A stretch of 60,473 bases of DNA, counting the filler. It is 7 parts of 7 records of this genome, joined end to end, with 100 filler letters (N's around TTAATTAATTAA, not from the genome) between each part and the next. Parts side by side here need not be neighbours in the genome. Positions count along the whole stretch, not along the records: positions 26,656 to 32,796 come from SRR31156797_23691; positions 32,897 to 38,344 come from SRR31156797_23693; positions 38,445 to 48,168 come from SRR31156797_23698; 4 more parts are not named here. One strand, given 5' to 3'. The notes under the pieces are model-generated. The model was not told the origin of the DNA, ran no database searches, and saw only the letters and a list, made by a program, of their open reading frames with translations. The first letter of the stretch is position 1, and every line of letters starts with the position of its first letter. The position numbers were made by a program, and so were the translations under genes. Positions 30,864-40,118 of the stretch are shown here, one piece after another.

Positions 30864-31133
30864 ATACTATTAAGTAATCTAACCATTGCACTAACCTCAT
30901 CTATATGCTAATGAACCATCATACACTATGCCCTTTCAATACAACTTGCTCCCCTCCCCTTTTTTCCTTTTCTCTTTTTCTCCTTTTCCTCTGGGTGCAT
31001 CATTTAGGAAAGGTCATTGTGTGAGGACTGTGCCTTTTGAGGGTTTGGGATTTTCTTGAGTTCAATCCTGGTCTTGTAATAATATGAGTGAATGTGATGA
31101 GGTGTTAAGTGGTTAGATTACTTAATAGTATTT
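30862..31133. repeat. 272-bp non-coding element bounded by perfect 24-bp inverted repeats
   Basis: AAATACTATTAAGTAATCTAACCA (30862-30885) and its exact reverse complement (31110-31133), extended inward by ACCTCATC/GATGAGGT. Confidence 0.92.
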
Positions 31134-31164
31134 CATATTTAACTTTATTTAAATCCTTACAATT

Positions 31165-32418
31165 CTATTTTAATATAACATTATCAAATTGATTTCTATT
31201 AATATAATCCTCACAAAATGAATATGCATAATCTTTAATTAAATCTTCATACAATGGGTAAGAATAATAAATTATACTTCCAATTATTGTAATTATTACT
31301 AATGATATAATTAATATGTTCTTTTTTCTTTTTTCTCTTTTAATTTTATATTGCTCTTTTTGTTTGATACTTATAATTTTATTTGCTAATTTTCTACCAA
31401 CTGTAGTAATATTTTTATTTTTTATATATAATCTTTTATTTATAAATGAAGCTCTCTTGTTATAATCCAATTTTATGCAACATTTAATAAATGTTTTATA
31501 TGCATAATTTAGCTGTCTTGCAACTTCAACTAAATCATCACTATATATTCTCTGTTCAATTTCAACTTTATTTATCCTACAAAAAATATTATCTTTGGAG
31601 ATAAATATACCATTGTGTTCTAAGTCATTGATGTATTTTATTATTGTTTGATATTTACTTGTTAACACTAAATCAAATACTTCATTTATTGAATCGCATC
31701 CTATTTCTATAATTTCCTGATTTACTTGTTCTACTTTGATTGTGAATTTTTTATAATCGACTTTTAAAATATCTATTCTTTCTATTAATTCATCATTTGC
31801 AATTATTTCAATAAACTTTTTTGCATTTTCCATTATTTCTTTTTTATAAATTTTTCTAACTCTATGCTTAAGTTTAATAGAACAATCTTTAATCAAGCCT
31901 ATAGACTCACATATTCCAGTTATTCTATGATTTCCACTAGTAGAAGGGTAGATTACCTTATAAAAGTGATAATCATCAATATCTGGTTCATTATTAAAGT
32001 CCAAATTTAAAGGTTTACTTTCATCAAAATTGTTTTTTCTGAAAGTCATTATTGGATATATGCAAGATTTTCCTTTATCACTAGCAAGATCTCTTGTTTT
32101 TACATAAAAAAAGTTATCATTTAGTAGAGTATTAATACTAAATATCTCTCCTATTATTTTTTCATTTGTTTTTTCAAGATTGCAGTCTAAATATGCTCCT
32201 ACAAAATCTTTACTTTTAAATTTTCTATCATCTAATTTGAAATATTTAAAAAAGATTTCATCACTATTTAAAGAATAATCAACTCTTTCTGGAGAATATT
32301 GTCTTATAAGATTTATTGCATTTTCTAAGCTATGAAATTTCTTTCCACCTTCTTCATAAATTTTATGCATATAATTTATTGTTGCTTTCCTATACTCTTT
32401 AAATTCATTTGATTGCAA
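31165..32418 (-). CDS. Hypothetical protein with ParB/Srx-like GNHR motif and C-terminal TM helix
   Basis: IYPSTSGNHRITGI; basic stretch followed by ILIISLVIITIIGSIIYY. Confidence 0.55.
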   Translation of the reverse strand: MQSNEFKEYRKATINYMHKIYEEGGKKFHSLENAINLIRQYSPERVDYSLNSDEIFFKYFKLDDRKFKSKDFVGAYLDCNLEKTNEKIIGEIFSINTLLNDNFFYVKTRDLASDKGKSCIYPIMTFRKNNFDESKPLNLDFNNEPDIDDYHFYKVIYPSTSGNHRITGICESIGLIKDCSIKLKHRVRKIYKKEIMENAKKFIEIIANDELIERIDILKVDYKKFTIKVEQVNQEIIEIGCDSINEVFDLVLTSKYQTIIKYINDLEHNGIFISKDNIFCRINKVEIEQRIYSDDLVEVARQLNYAYKTFIKCCIKLDYNKRASFINKRLYIKNKNITTVGRKLANKIISIKQKEQYKIKREKRKKNILIISLVIITIIGSIIYYSYPLYEDLIKDYAYSFCEDYINRNQFDNVILK

Positions 32419-32433
32419 TATATTTCCTATTCT

Positions 32434-32796
32434 TTAATTTTTTAAATTCTCTTTATCTGAATAAATCTCTAGTAAATCATCAATTGTTTCATTTATGCCA
32501 AAAACTTTCAACTCAGTTTTTCTTTTTTCATATAAACCAATTATCATTTCCTTTTTATCTTCTAAATTTGCGTGGTGCATTTTTCTATGGCAAGTAGGAC
32601 ATAAAGAGATAATATTTGCAGGAATATCAATGCTAAAATCAATTTCCTTTTGTATACTCATTGGGAATAAAAGATGTGCTTCCATGTACTGTTCATCTGT
32701 AGCATTTGAAATAAATGTAGTATGCTCACTATTAATTTCACATTTGTAATCTGCTTGTATTAATGCTTGTTTTACATAAGAGGCATTTCTTGGATA
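32434..32796 (-). CDS. McrA-like HNH endonuclease domain, 5'-partial
   Basis: Frame open to the contig end: YPRNA..VKQAL..ADYKCEI...H.TF.......YMEAH.L.P....NIISLCPTCHRKMHH. Confidence 0.8.
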   Translation of the reverse strand, partial: YPRNASYVKQALIQADYKCEINSEHTTFISNATDEQYMEAHLLFPMSIQKEIDFSIDIPANIISLCPTCHRKMHHANLEDKKEMIIGLYEKRKTELKVFGINETIDDLLEIYSDKENLKN

Positions 32797-32896
32797 NNNN
32801 NNNNNNNNNNNNNNNNNNNNNNNNNNNNNNNNNNNNNNNNTTAATTAATTAANNNNNNNNNNNNNNNNNNNNNNNNNNNNNNNNNNNNNNNNNNNN
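32797..32896. other. Artificial contig linker
   Basis: N44-TTAATTAATTAA-N44. Confidence 0.99.
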
Positions 32897-33612
32897 GAAA
32901 TAGCTCCACATGCAATAGTTATAAATAAAAATGGATATGGTGAAACACCTTTTGGATGTAGATTTTGAAGAGTTAATTCAGGAATTTGATATCCTTTAAC
33001 GAATAAACCTACACAGATTCCAACACCCATGATAATAAGTGAAGCACCAAATATTGGATAAATTTTACCGATTAATTTGTCCACAGGTACAACAGTTGCT
33101 ACTAAATAATAAGCGATAATAATTGCTAACCAAATTGGTTTGCCGATTCCTGTGATGTTTTGTAAGATTCCTGCAGGTCCGTTAATAAATACAACACCTA
33201 CAAGTACAAGTAAAACAACTGAGAAAACTCTCATTAAGTTTTTAGCACCAATTCCAAGGTACTCTCCAACAATTTCAGCAACAGTAGCACCATCATGTCT
33301 AAGTGAAAGCATACCAGCTATAAAGTCATGTGTCGCTCCTGCGAAGATACATCCAAGTACTATCCATAAGAATGCTATTGGTCCCCAAAGGGCTCCGGCA
33401 ACAGCTCCGAAAATAGGTCCAAGACCTGCAATATTCAAGAATTGAATTAAAAATGCTCTTTTCCAATCCATCTCAACATAATCTACACCATCAGCTAATC
33501 TAACAGCAGGTGTTTCTTTACTTTCATCAATACCAAATACATTTGCAACAAATTTTCCATAAACAAAATACCCGGTTATTAAAGCAAATAAACATAGAAA
33601 AAACGTAATCAT
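32897..33612 (-). CDS. cstA: Carbon starvation protein A family transporter, 3'-truncated
   Basis: TPA....DGVDYV, FLIQFLNIAGLGPIFGA, LFITIACGAI; ATG 33612 follows RBS AAGGAGG. Confidence 0.92.
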
Positions 33613-33747
33613 CTTAAAATCCTCCTTTAAATTATGTTTGAATAGGGTTTCAAACATGTAAATAAAATTTCATTAATAAAAACTCACTATTACTATCTCT
33701 TGCTCTAATTCTACAACATAGTGATTAATTTTAATACAAAAAGGAGT

Positions 33748-33796
33748 CTAAAAGCACACTTCCTACACTAAGTGCAAATTAATGCCATGAAATGCA
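33748..33796 (-). promoter_or_regulatory. Three imperfect direct repeats; candidate LytTR binding sites upstream of cstA
   Basis: Minus strand TGCATTTCA, TGCACTTAG and TGCTTTTAG at an exact 20-bp period. Confidence 0.65.
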
Positions 33797-34015
33797 ATTA
33801 TTTTTGAATTAGGAAAATTAATTGTATTTTTATGGAAAGTTGCATGGATGTTTTTAAAAAAGAATTAATTTTAAAATCTTTAAGTAAAATTTATAACTTT
33901 TCCATTAAAAACTATGCCTTATACAAAGGTCTTTAAGATATTAAAATTCAAAAAATAAAAACAGTCTCAAGAAATTTCTTAAAACTGTTTTTAAATATAT
34001 AGTGAGCTATTAGAT

Positions 34016-34771
34016 TTAGTTTATTCCCATGAGTTTCTTAAACTCTTTGATTTTATTACGACTAACCGGTACGGGTGTTTCAACACCGTTTAAATTAAGA
34101 TTATATGTACTGTTAAACCACGGGATAATTTCAGTTATTTTATCAAGATTTACTATATACGATCTGTGACTTCTGAAAAAATTGTATTTTATGAGTTGAT
34201 TATCCAGATCAGATATTTTTTGTCTTGCGATATAAACATTTTCAGGAGTATAAACTTTACTTTCTCTTTCGCAGGCTTCGATATATGATATTTTTTCTAA
34301 TGGAATAACATACATTTTATTTCCTTTCCAGAGAGTTAATTTTTTATTCTCATAATTTTCTTCATGAGATTCACTTTTCGGAGTTTCTGTAACTTCAGCG
34401 ATTTCTTTTTTTATTTCGATTTTTTCCAGTTTTTTCAAAGTAAGTTTTATTCTGTCCTCTGAGTATGGTTTAAGTATATAATCAAACGCATCTATGCTAA
34501 ATGCTTCTACAGCATAATTTTCATAAGCTGTAATAAATACTATTTTTGGTTTAACTTGAAATTTGGATAATATCTTCCCTAAAGTCATTCCATCCATTGA
34601 AGGCATATTTATATCCAGAAATATTATATCAACACTTTTTTCCTGTAAAAATCCAAGAGCCTTTAGAGGATCTTCAAATTCATCTATGATCTCTATCTTA
34701 CTAAAGTTATTGATAAAATATTTTAATTCCTCACGAGATGGAAATTCATCATCAATAATAATGCAATTCAT
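34016..34771 (-). CDS. LytTR-family response regulator
   Basis: IIDDE, FLDINMP, FITAY, DYILKP, FFRSHRSYIVNL, VPVSR. Confidence 0.95.
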   Translation of the reverse strand: MNCIIIDDEFPSREELKYFINNFSKIEIIDEFEDPLKALGFLQEKSVDIIFLDINMPSMDGMTLGKILSKFQVKPKIVFITAYENYAVEAFSIDAFDYILKPYSEDRIKLTLKKLEKIEIKKEIAEVTETPKSESHEENYENKKLTLWKGNKMYVIPLEKISYIEACERESKVYTPENVYIARQKISDLDNQLIKYNFFRSHRSYIVNLDKITEIIPWFNSTYNLNLNGVETPVPVSRNKIKEFKKLMGIN

Positions 34772-34810
34772 TCTTTTCTCCTTAAAATAATTTCTTTTAT
34801 AATAAACTAT

Positions 34811-36481
34811 TTATTTAATATAAAAAGTCATTTTTGTTCCCGGATTCGTTTTAATAATTTCCAGACCATTCCCATAAATCAGTTTTAATCTTCTATGCAC
34901 ATTAAATAGTCCAATTCTATTATACTCCATATTATTTGCATAAACTTTATTAATAACCTCATCTGAAATACCATAACCGTCATCTTCAATACTTATTCTG
35001 CATTGATTATTTTCTTTTTTTAATTTTACATAAACATTACTACCTGAATTCTTCTCTAAAATTCCATGTTTAATAGAGTTTTCAACTAAAGGCTGAATAG
35101 TGAGTGATGGAATTTTAAAACTCTTAACATTGTTATCAATCTCATAATGAACTTTGAATCTGGAATCAAATCTTGCCTGCTCAATATTAACATAGGCTTT
35201 GACCTGTTCAAGCTCTCTATCAATATCTACTAATTGCTCACCTTTTTCCAAGTTATATCTCAAATATTTGGAAAGATCAATAATTATATTTCTTGCTTTA
35301 TCAGGATCAATTCTAACGAAAGATATAATAGTATGTAGAGCATTAAAAAGAAAATGCGGATTGATTTGTGCTTGCAGAGCTTTAATTTCCTGTCTAATTG
35401 CTGTTTCTTTTAGCTGTTCAACTTTACTAATTTCTAACTGGGTAGAGATTAATTGAGATAAACCAATTGCTAAATTTCTATTTCTAGATGACAATTTTTT
35501 ATTCTCTTTGAAATAGATTTTTAGTGTTCCAATAACTTCACTTCCCTCTTTTAGAGGGGCAATAACAGCAGATTTAACATTTTCAATATAGTCACAACCT
35601 CTGAAATTAGCCAGATCACTTTTTTTATCACATGTAATAACTTCACCTGTTCGTAAGACCTCTTTTGTAGCAATACTTACGATCTCTTTATGATGAATTT
35701 TGTACTCATCATTTTTGCTATACAAAGCAGTTATATTTTTAGTATCAGTTATCACAACAATATCAGCATATAAGGATTCAGATATAACTCTGCAAACATT
35801 GTATAAAGAGTTTTCATCTGTTCCTCTGAAATAAGGCAGAGTTTTATTTGCAATTTCAATTGTTAATTTAGCCTGCTCTCCTGCAAGTTTCTCTTTTTCA
35901 TCCTGTATGCTTTCAGTTATTAATATAACAATGGATACACCAACAGCATTTGCCATAACCATGGGTACATAAATATTTTGTACGATGTTAAAAGCCGTTT
36001 CAGTAGGTTTGGACATAAGGAGAATTAATCCCATACTGAAATTTTCAACGATAATTCCACCGATGAATCCTAAGAGATATCTGTTTTTAGCATTTGCTTT
36101 TTTTCCAAGAAAACCTGAAAAAATTCCACCTGAAATTGTAGCAATTGCGCACGGCAGAGATGTAATTCCACCGACATCCATGAGAAACCGATGCGTACCG
36201 GCGATTAATCCTGTAAATAAACCTACAAGCGGTCCTCCAAGAATTCCAGCAACAACAACTCCAATATTTCTGGTATTTGCAATTGATCCCTTATAATCTA
36301 TTCCAATGTATGTTCCAAGTATAGCAATTGCAGAGAATACAGTTGATAGAAAAATAATATTATTTCTACTGAATTTTTCCTCACTCATTACTTGCTGAAA
36401 CCCTTTTAATTTAGATAAAAAATAGGCTATTGCTATAACATATCCCAAATTATTCAATAAATGACTGGTTAATTTTAACAA
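34811..36481 (-). CDS. LytS/YpdA-family sensor histidine kinase (5TM-LYT, GAF)
   Basis: IANTR..GVVVAGILGGP, ALQAQINPHFLFNALH, IQPLVENSIKHG. Start reassigned to TTG 36481, which follows GGAGG. Confidence 0.92.
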   Translation of the reverse strand: MLKLTSHLLNNLGYVIAIAYFLSKLKGFQQVMSEEKFSRNNIIFLSTVFSAIAILGTYIGIDYKGSIANTRNIGVVVAGILGGPLVGLFTGLIAGTHRFLMDVGGITSLPCAIATISGGIFSGFLGKKANAKNRYLLGFIGGIIVENFSMGLILLMSKPTETAFNIVQNIYVPMVMANAVGVSIVILITESIQDEKEKLAGEQAKLTIEIANKTLPYFRGTDENSLYNVCRVISESLYADIVVITDTKNITALYSKNDEYKIHHKEIVSIATKEVLRTGEVITCDKKSDLANFRGCDYIENVKSAVIAPLKEGSEVIGTLKIYFKENKKLSSRNRNLAIGLSQLISTQLEISKVEQLKETAIRQEIKALQAQINPHFLFNALHTIISFVRIDPDKARNIIIDLSKYLRYNLEKGEQLVDIDRELEQVKAYVNIEQARFDSRFKVHYEIDNNVKSFKIPSLTIQPLVENSIKHGILEKNSGSNVYVKLKKENNQCRISIEDDGYGISDEVINKVYANNMEYNRIGLFNVHRRLKLIYGNGLEIIKTNPGTKMTFYIK

Positions 36482-36548
36482 AATGTTCCTCCATTTCATA
36501 ATTCGCAAATAAAATAAATATAGATATGTATATAAACAATAATATTTT

Positions 36549-37268
36549 CTATTTATTTGCTGTGTAAAAGATAAATGCTCCATTTCTGCCTTTAGTTTTT
36601 TCTTTTCTGTAAGAGAAAAAATCCCCCTGGCAATAGGTACAAATATCAGATTTGATAACATCCTTCACTCCATAACTTTTTAAGAGATAGTAATTAAAGA
36701 GCTCATTATCAAAATACCACTTTTTATCTTTTTTTACAAATGAATCTTTAATTATAGATTCATGAAACTTAGTTTTAAAATTCTCATAAAATTCGTCACC
36801 AACCTCATAACAACAAGCTTTTATACCTATTCCAAGAGCAACTTTTATATCGGAAATATTTGAATTGTATTCAGTTTGGAAAAGTTCTAACATTTTTTTA
36901 GCAATCTCTCCATAACTCCCTTTCCAACCACTGTGACAGATTCCAATTACTTCTTTAATTGGATCAATAAAATAAATAGGCAGGCAATCTGCATATAAAG
37001 TAAAAAGAGCAACATCCTTTCTTGAAGTGATAAAGCCATCAGTATCAGGATACTCTTTTTCAATTTTATCCTTAATAATTGCAATATTTGTTGAGTGAGT
37101 TTGTTTACCTGAAATTATTTTTTTATCATAACCTAAACCTTTAATGAAATTCTTCCGATTTTCAGATATAGGGGGCGCCATGTCTTTTGCAGATTTATCT
37201 GTAAAAATGGCCTGAACTTTATATTCTAAAAAATTAGGTACGAAATAATAGTTATCTTTTTTTAGCAT
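36549..37268 (-). CDS. pgeF: Peptidoglycan editing factor / purine nucleoside phosphorylase (YfiH family)
   Basis: QTHS, DGFIT, ADCLPI, HSGWKG, CCYEVG, CTYC...FFSYR. Confidence 0.92.
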   Translation of the reverse strand: MLKKDNYYFVPNFLEYKVQAIFTDKSAKDMAPPISENRKNFIKGLGYDKKIISGKQTHSTNIAIIKDKIEKEYPDTDGFITSRKDVALFTLYADCLPIYFIDPIKEVIGICHSGWKGSYGEIAKKMLELFQTEYNSNISDIKVALGIGIKACCYEVGDEFYENFKTKFHESIIKDSFVKKDKKWYFDNELFNYYLLKSYGVKDVIKSDICTYCQGDFFSYRKEKTKGRNGAFIFYTANK

Positions 37269-37332
37269 TGTTTACCTCCGTTATTATATTTTAATTTTAC
37301 TTAGGTCAAATATATTATACAGGGAGAAGAGT

Positions 37333-38175
37333 ATGAAAAGAAAGAATTTTATATTAAATATTTTATTGATATTAACATTGTTTGCAGGATTTGAAGATTT
37401 AACATTTGCAAAAAAATATAAATCAACAAAGTCAAAGAGTTTCAAAACTTATAAACCTAAAAAAACTACTAAATCCAGTACTTCTAAATATAAATCTTCG
37501 AGTACAAAAAAGAAAACAACAACTAAAAAAGGAAGCAGTTTTTTTGGAGGAACGACTTCGAGTAAAAAAGCAGTGTCATCATCAGCAAGTAAAAAATATT
37601 ATGATAATATTGTAAAGAAAAAACCTAAAAAGACATATAAATCAACTAGTAAAAAAACAGATTCAAAATTATTCAGCAGTTATAAATCTAAAACAAACAG
37701 AAGGTTTACAAAAACTAATTACTATAATTATAAGTCTAATTATTATTATAGTACAGGTTTTACACCTCCAAGATACTATTATAATTCATATAGAAGTTTC
37801 GGTATGTGGGATGCACTTTTCCTTTGGTGGATGTTAGATAGAATAGATGATAGAAGGTATTCAAGATTTTATTATAATCATAGATATGATGAAGATATGA
37901 GAGCATGGCGTGAAGAGGCGGAGAAACAGGCTGCTGAAAATGAAGAATTAAAAGCAAAACTTGCGAAATTGGATACAGAAGTAGATCAAATGGAAAATGA
38001 AGGTGTAGAAGTAGATGAGGAGTATATACCTGAAGGTGTAGAACCTGAGCTGGTATTTTCAGAGGAGACATTAGAAGATAATTTTGTAAGTGAAAAAAAG
38101 GGAATTCCATTCACTAATATTCTTGTAATATTTGCAATTATGGGTGGAGTTTTAATCATGTTTAGGAAAAAATAG
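37333..38175 (+). CDS. Secreted or membrane-anchored protein with K/S/T-rich and Tyr-rich low-complexity regions
   Basis: Signal-like N-terminus, basic low-complexity tract, FGMWDALFLWWMLD block, acidic coiled coil, C-terminal TM followed by RKK. Confidence 0.75.
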   Translation: MKRKNFILNILLILTLFAGFEDLTFAKKYKSTKSKSFKTYKPKKTTKSSTSKYKSSSTKKKTTTKKGSSFFGGTTSSKKAVSSSASKKYYDNIVKKKPKKTYKSTSKKTDSKLFSSYKSKTNRRFTKTNYYNYKSNYYYSTGFTPPRYYYNSYRSFGMWDALFLWWMLDRIDDRRYSRFYYNHRYDEDMRAWREEAEKQAAENEELKAKLAKLDTEVDQMENEGVEVDEEYIPEGVEPELVFSEETLEDNFVSEKKGIPFTNILVIFAIMGGVLIMFRKK

Positions 38176-38185
38176 GTTAAAAATA

Positions 38186-38344
38186 TAGAAAAATAATATA
38201 GTAAACTTGCATTATTTTTTAAATCAAAGTCAGATTAAACCATTCTGACTTAAAAAAATGACTTAGAAAAGCAATTTAGTAAAACTATCATTATTTTTCT
38301 GAACAAAGTTGGACTAAAGCATTCCAACTTAGAAAAACAATTTA
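38186..38344. repeat. Degenerate tandem repeat carrying covarying hairpins (REP-like)
   Basis: AAGTCAGA-ttaaaccat-TCTGACTT (38227-38251) and AAGTTGGA-ctaaagcat-TCCAACTT (38306-38330) with shared flanks; the contig ends inside the repeat. Confidence 0.7.
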
Positions 38345-38444
38345 NNNNNNNNNNNNNNNNNNNNNNNNNNNNNNNNNNNNNNNNNNNNTTAATTAATTAA
38401 NNNNNNNNNNNNNNNNNNNNNNNNNNNNNNNNNNNNNNNNNNNN
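38345..38444. other. Artificial contig linker
   Basis: N44-TTAATTAATTAA-N44. Confidence 0.99.
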
Positions 38445-40116
38445 CAAGATCAACCCCATGGAGCTTTATCAAAATCAGGTCACCCGAACACAAGGGGCCT
38501 TTTCCCTTCGCATGTTTCATCGGTCTTTCGGATTAATGCTGCTTCAGGCCAATATTGACGCCCCCTGCACCCTCCTGGATTTTCCCTCTGAGGACCGATT
38601 TGTGGAAGAACTTCAAAATTCTTCCTATGACATTGTGGGCATCGGCGCCATTATTCCGAATATCGGGAAAGTCAAAAGGATGTGTGACCTGGTTAGAAAA
38701 TACCAGCCCAATGCAACGGTTGTGGTGGGCGGGCATGTGGTCAACAAGGAAGATGTTCATGAAATAATTGATGCGGACCATATTGTGAAAGGAGACGGTG
38801 TAAAATGGTTCAGAAAGTTTCTCGGTCAGGACGAGACTGAAGCGATCCGGCATCCGGTGGTGTATTCCGGGACCGGCACCCGGATCATGGGGGTTCCGCT
38901 GAGTGAAAAGGCCGGAGATACCGCCGCCATCCTGATCCCTTCCGTGGGTTGCCCCATGGGCTGTAATTTTTGTTCCACTTCCGCCATGTTCGGCGGGAAG
39001 GGCAAGTTTCTCAATTTCTACGAAACAGGGGATGAGCTGTTCAGCGTGATGCAGGGGATTGAAACAAAGCTCAAAACCCGATCCTTTTTTATCCTGGACG
39101 AAAATTTCCTCATGCATCGCAAAAGAGCCCTTCGGTTGCTCGAACTGATGGAAAAAAACCGGAAAGCATGGTCCCTATATGTCTTCAGCTCCGCCCGGGT
39201 GCTAAAAAGCTATACCATCGAACAACTGGTGGGATTGGGAATTTCCTGGGTCTGGACAGGGCTGGAGGGGAAGGACAGCTCATATGAGAAACTTCGAAAG
39301 GTGAACACCCGATCCTTTGTCCGACACCTGCAATCCCACGGCATCTGCGTCCTGGGGTCGTCCATTATCGGAATGGAAGACCACACCCCTGAAAATATGG
39401 ATCAAATCATAGATTATGCGGTCAGCCATAATACGGACTTCCACCAATTCATGCTTTACACCCCGATTCCCGGTACCCAACTGCACACACAGCACAAGGC
39501 GGATGGAACGCTGCTGCCTGAATCGGAGTTTCCGGCTTGCGATGCCCACGGACAATACCGCTTCAATTACAAACATCGACACATTACCGACGGCCGTGAG
39601 GGAGAATACCTTCTCAATGCCTTTCGCCGGGATTTCGAAGTCAACGGCCCCAGCCTCGGTCGACTGATCGGAACCACATTCAAGGGGTGGGAGAGATATA
39701 AAAATCACCCGGACAAGCGGATTCGAAGCCGTTTTCTACAAAAGGCGAAAATGCTTCGGACCACCTACGCGGGTGCGGTTTGGGCAATGAAAAAATGGGC
39801 ACGGGGAAACGAACCCGTTGAGGCAAAAATGGAGATGCTCCTCAATGATCTTTACCGGGAGTTCGGCTGGAAAACAAGACTGGTTGCCCCACTGGCCGGA
39901 AGGTATCTATACCGCAGCCTGAAGAGGGAAGAAGTTCGGCTTCAAAATGGATGGAACTACGAGCCTCACGCCTTCCATGAAAAAAACAGAGCGGCCCTGG
40001 CACTTGAGCATCAGCGAAAAGGCGAAAGGAAAGTTAAATCCACGGTGCCTTGGGTAACCGGAGATCTCTCTCCCGTTTTCGGCCGGATTCGGACCGGCGC
40101 ATTGGTGTCTAAGTAG
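38445..40116 (+). CDS. Cobalamin-binding radical SAM protein (probably 5'-partial)
   Basis: B12-binding domain (YDIVGI, VVVGGH, IVKGDG), CPMGCNFC motif, ILDENF, YTPIPGT. Confidence 0.88.
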
Positions 40117-40118
40117 CA

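Noticed and set aside
30862-31133. Retron msr-msd interpretation of the inverted-repeat element
   Set aside because: No reverse transcriptase (no YADD-type domain in a protein of suitable size) on this contig. The YADT in the 150-aa ORF lacks any RT context.
36482-36661. N-terminal extension of the LytS ORF in the ORF track
   Set aside because: It overlaps pgeF in another frame; a GGAGG-TTG start at 36481 fits the family N-terminus.
38186-38344. CRISPR array interpretation of the tandem hairpins
   Set aside because: The repeats are not identical, the intervening sequence is itself repeated rather than unique, and no cas genes are in view.
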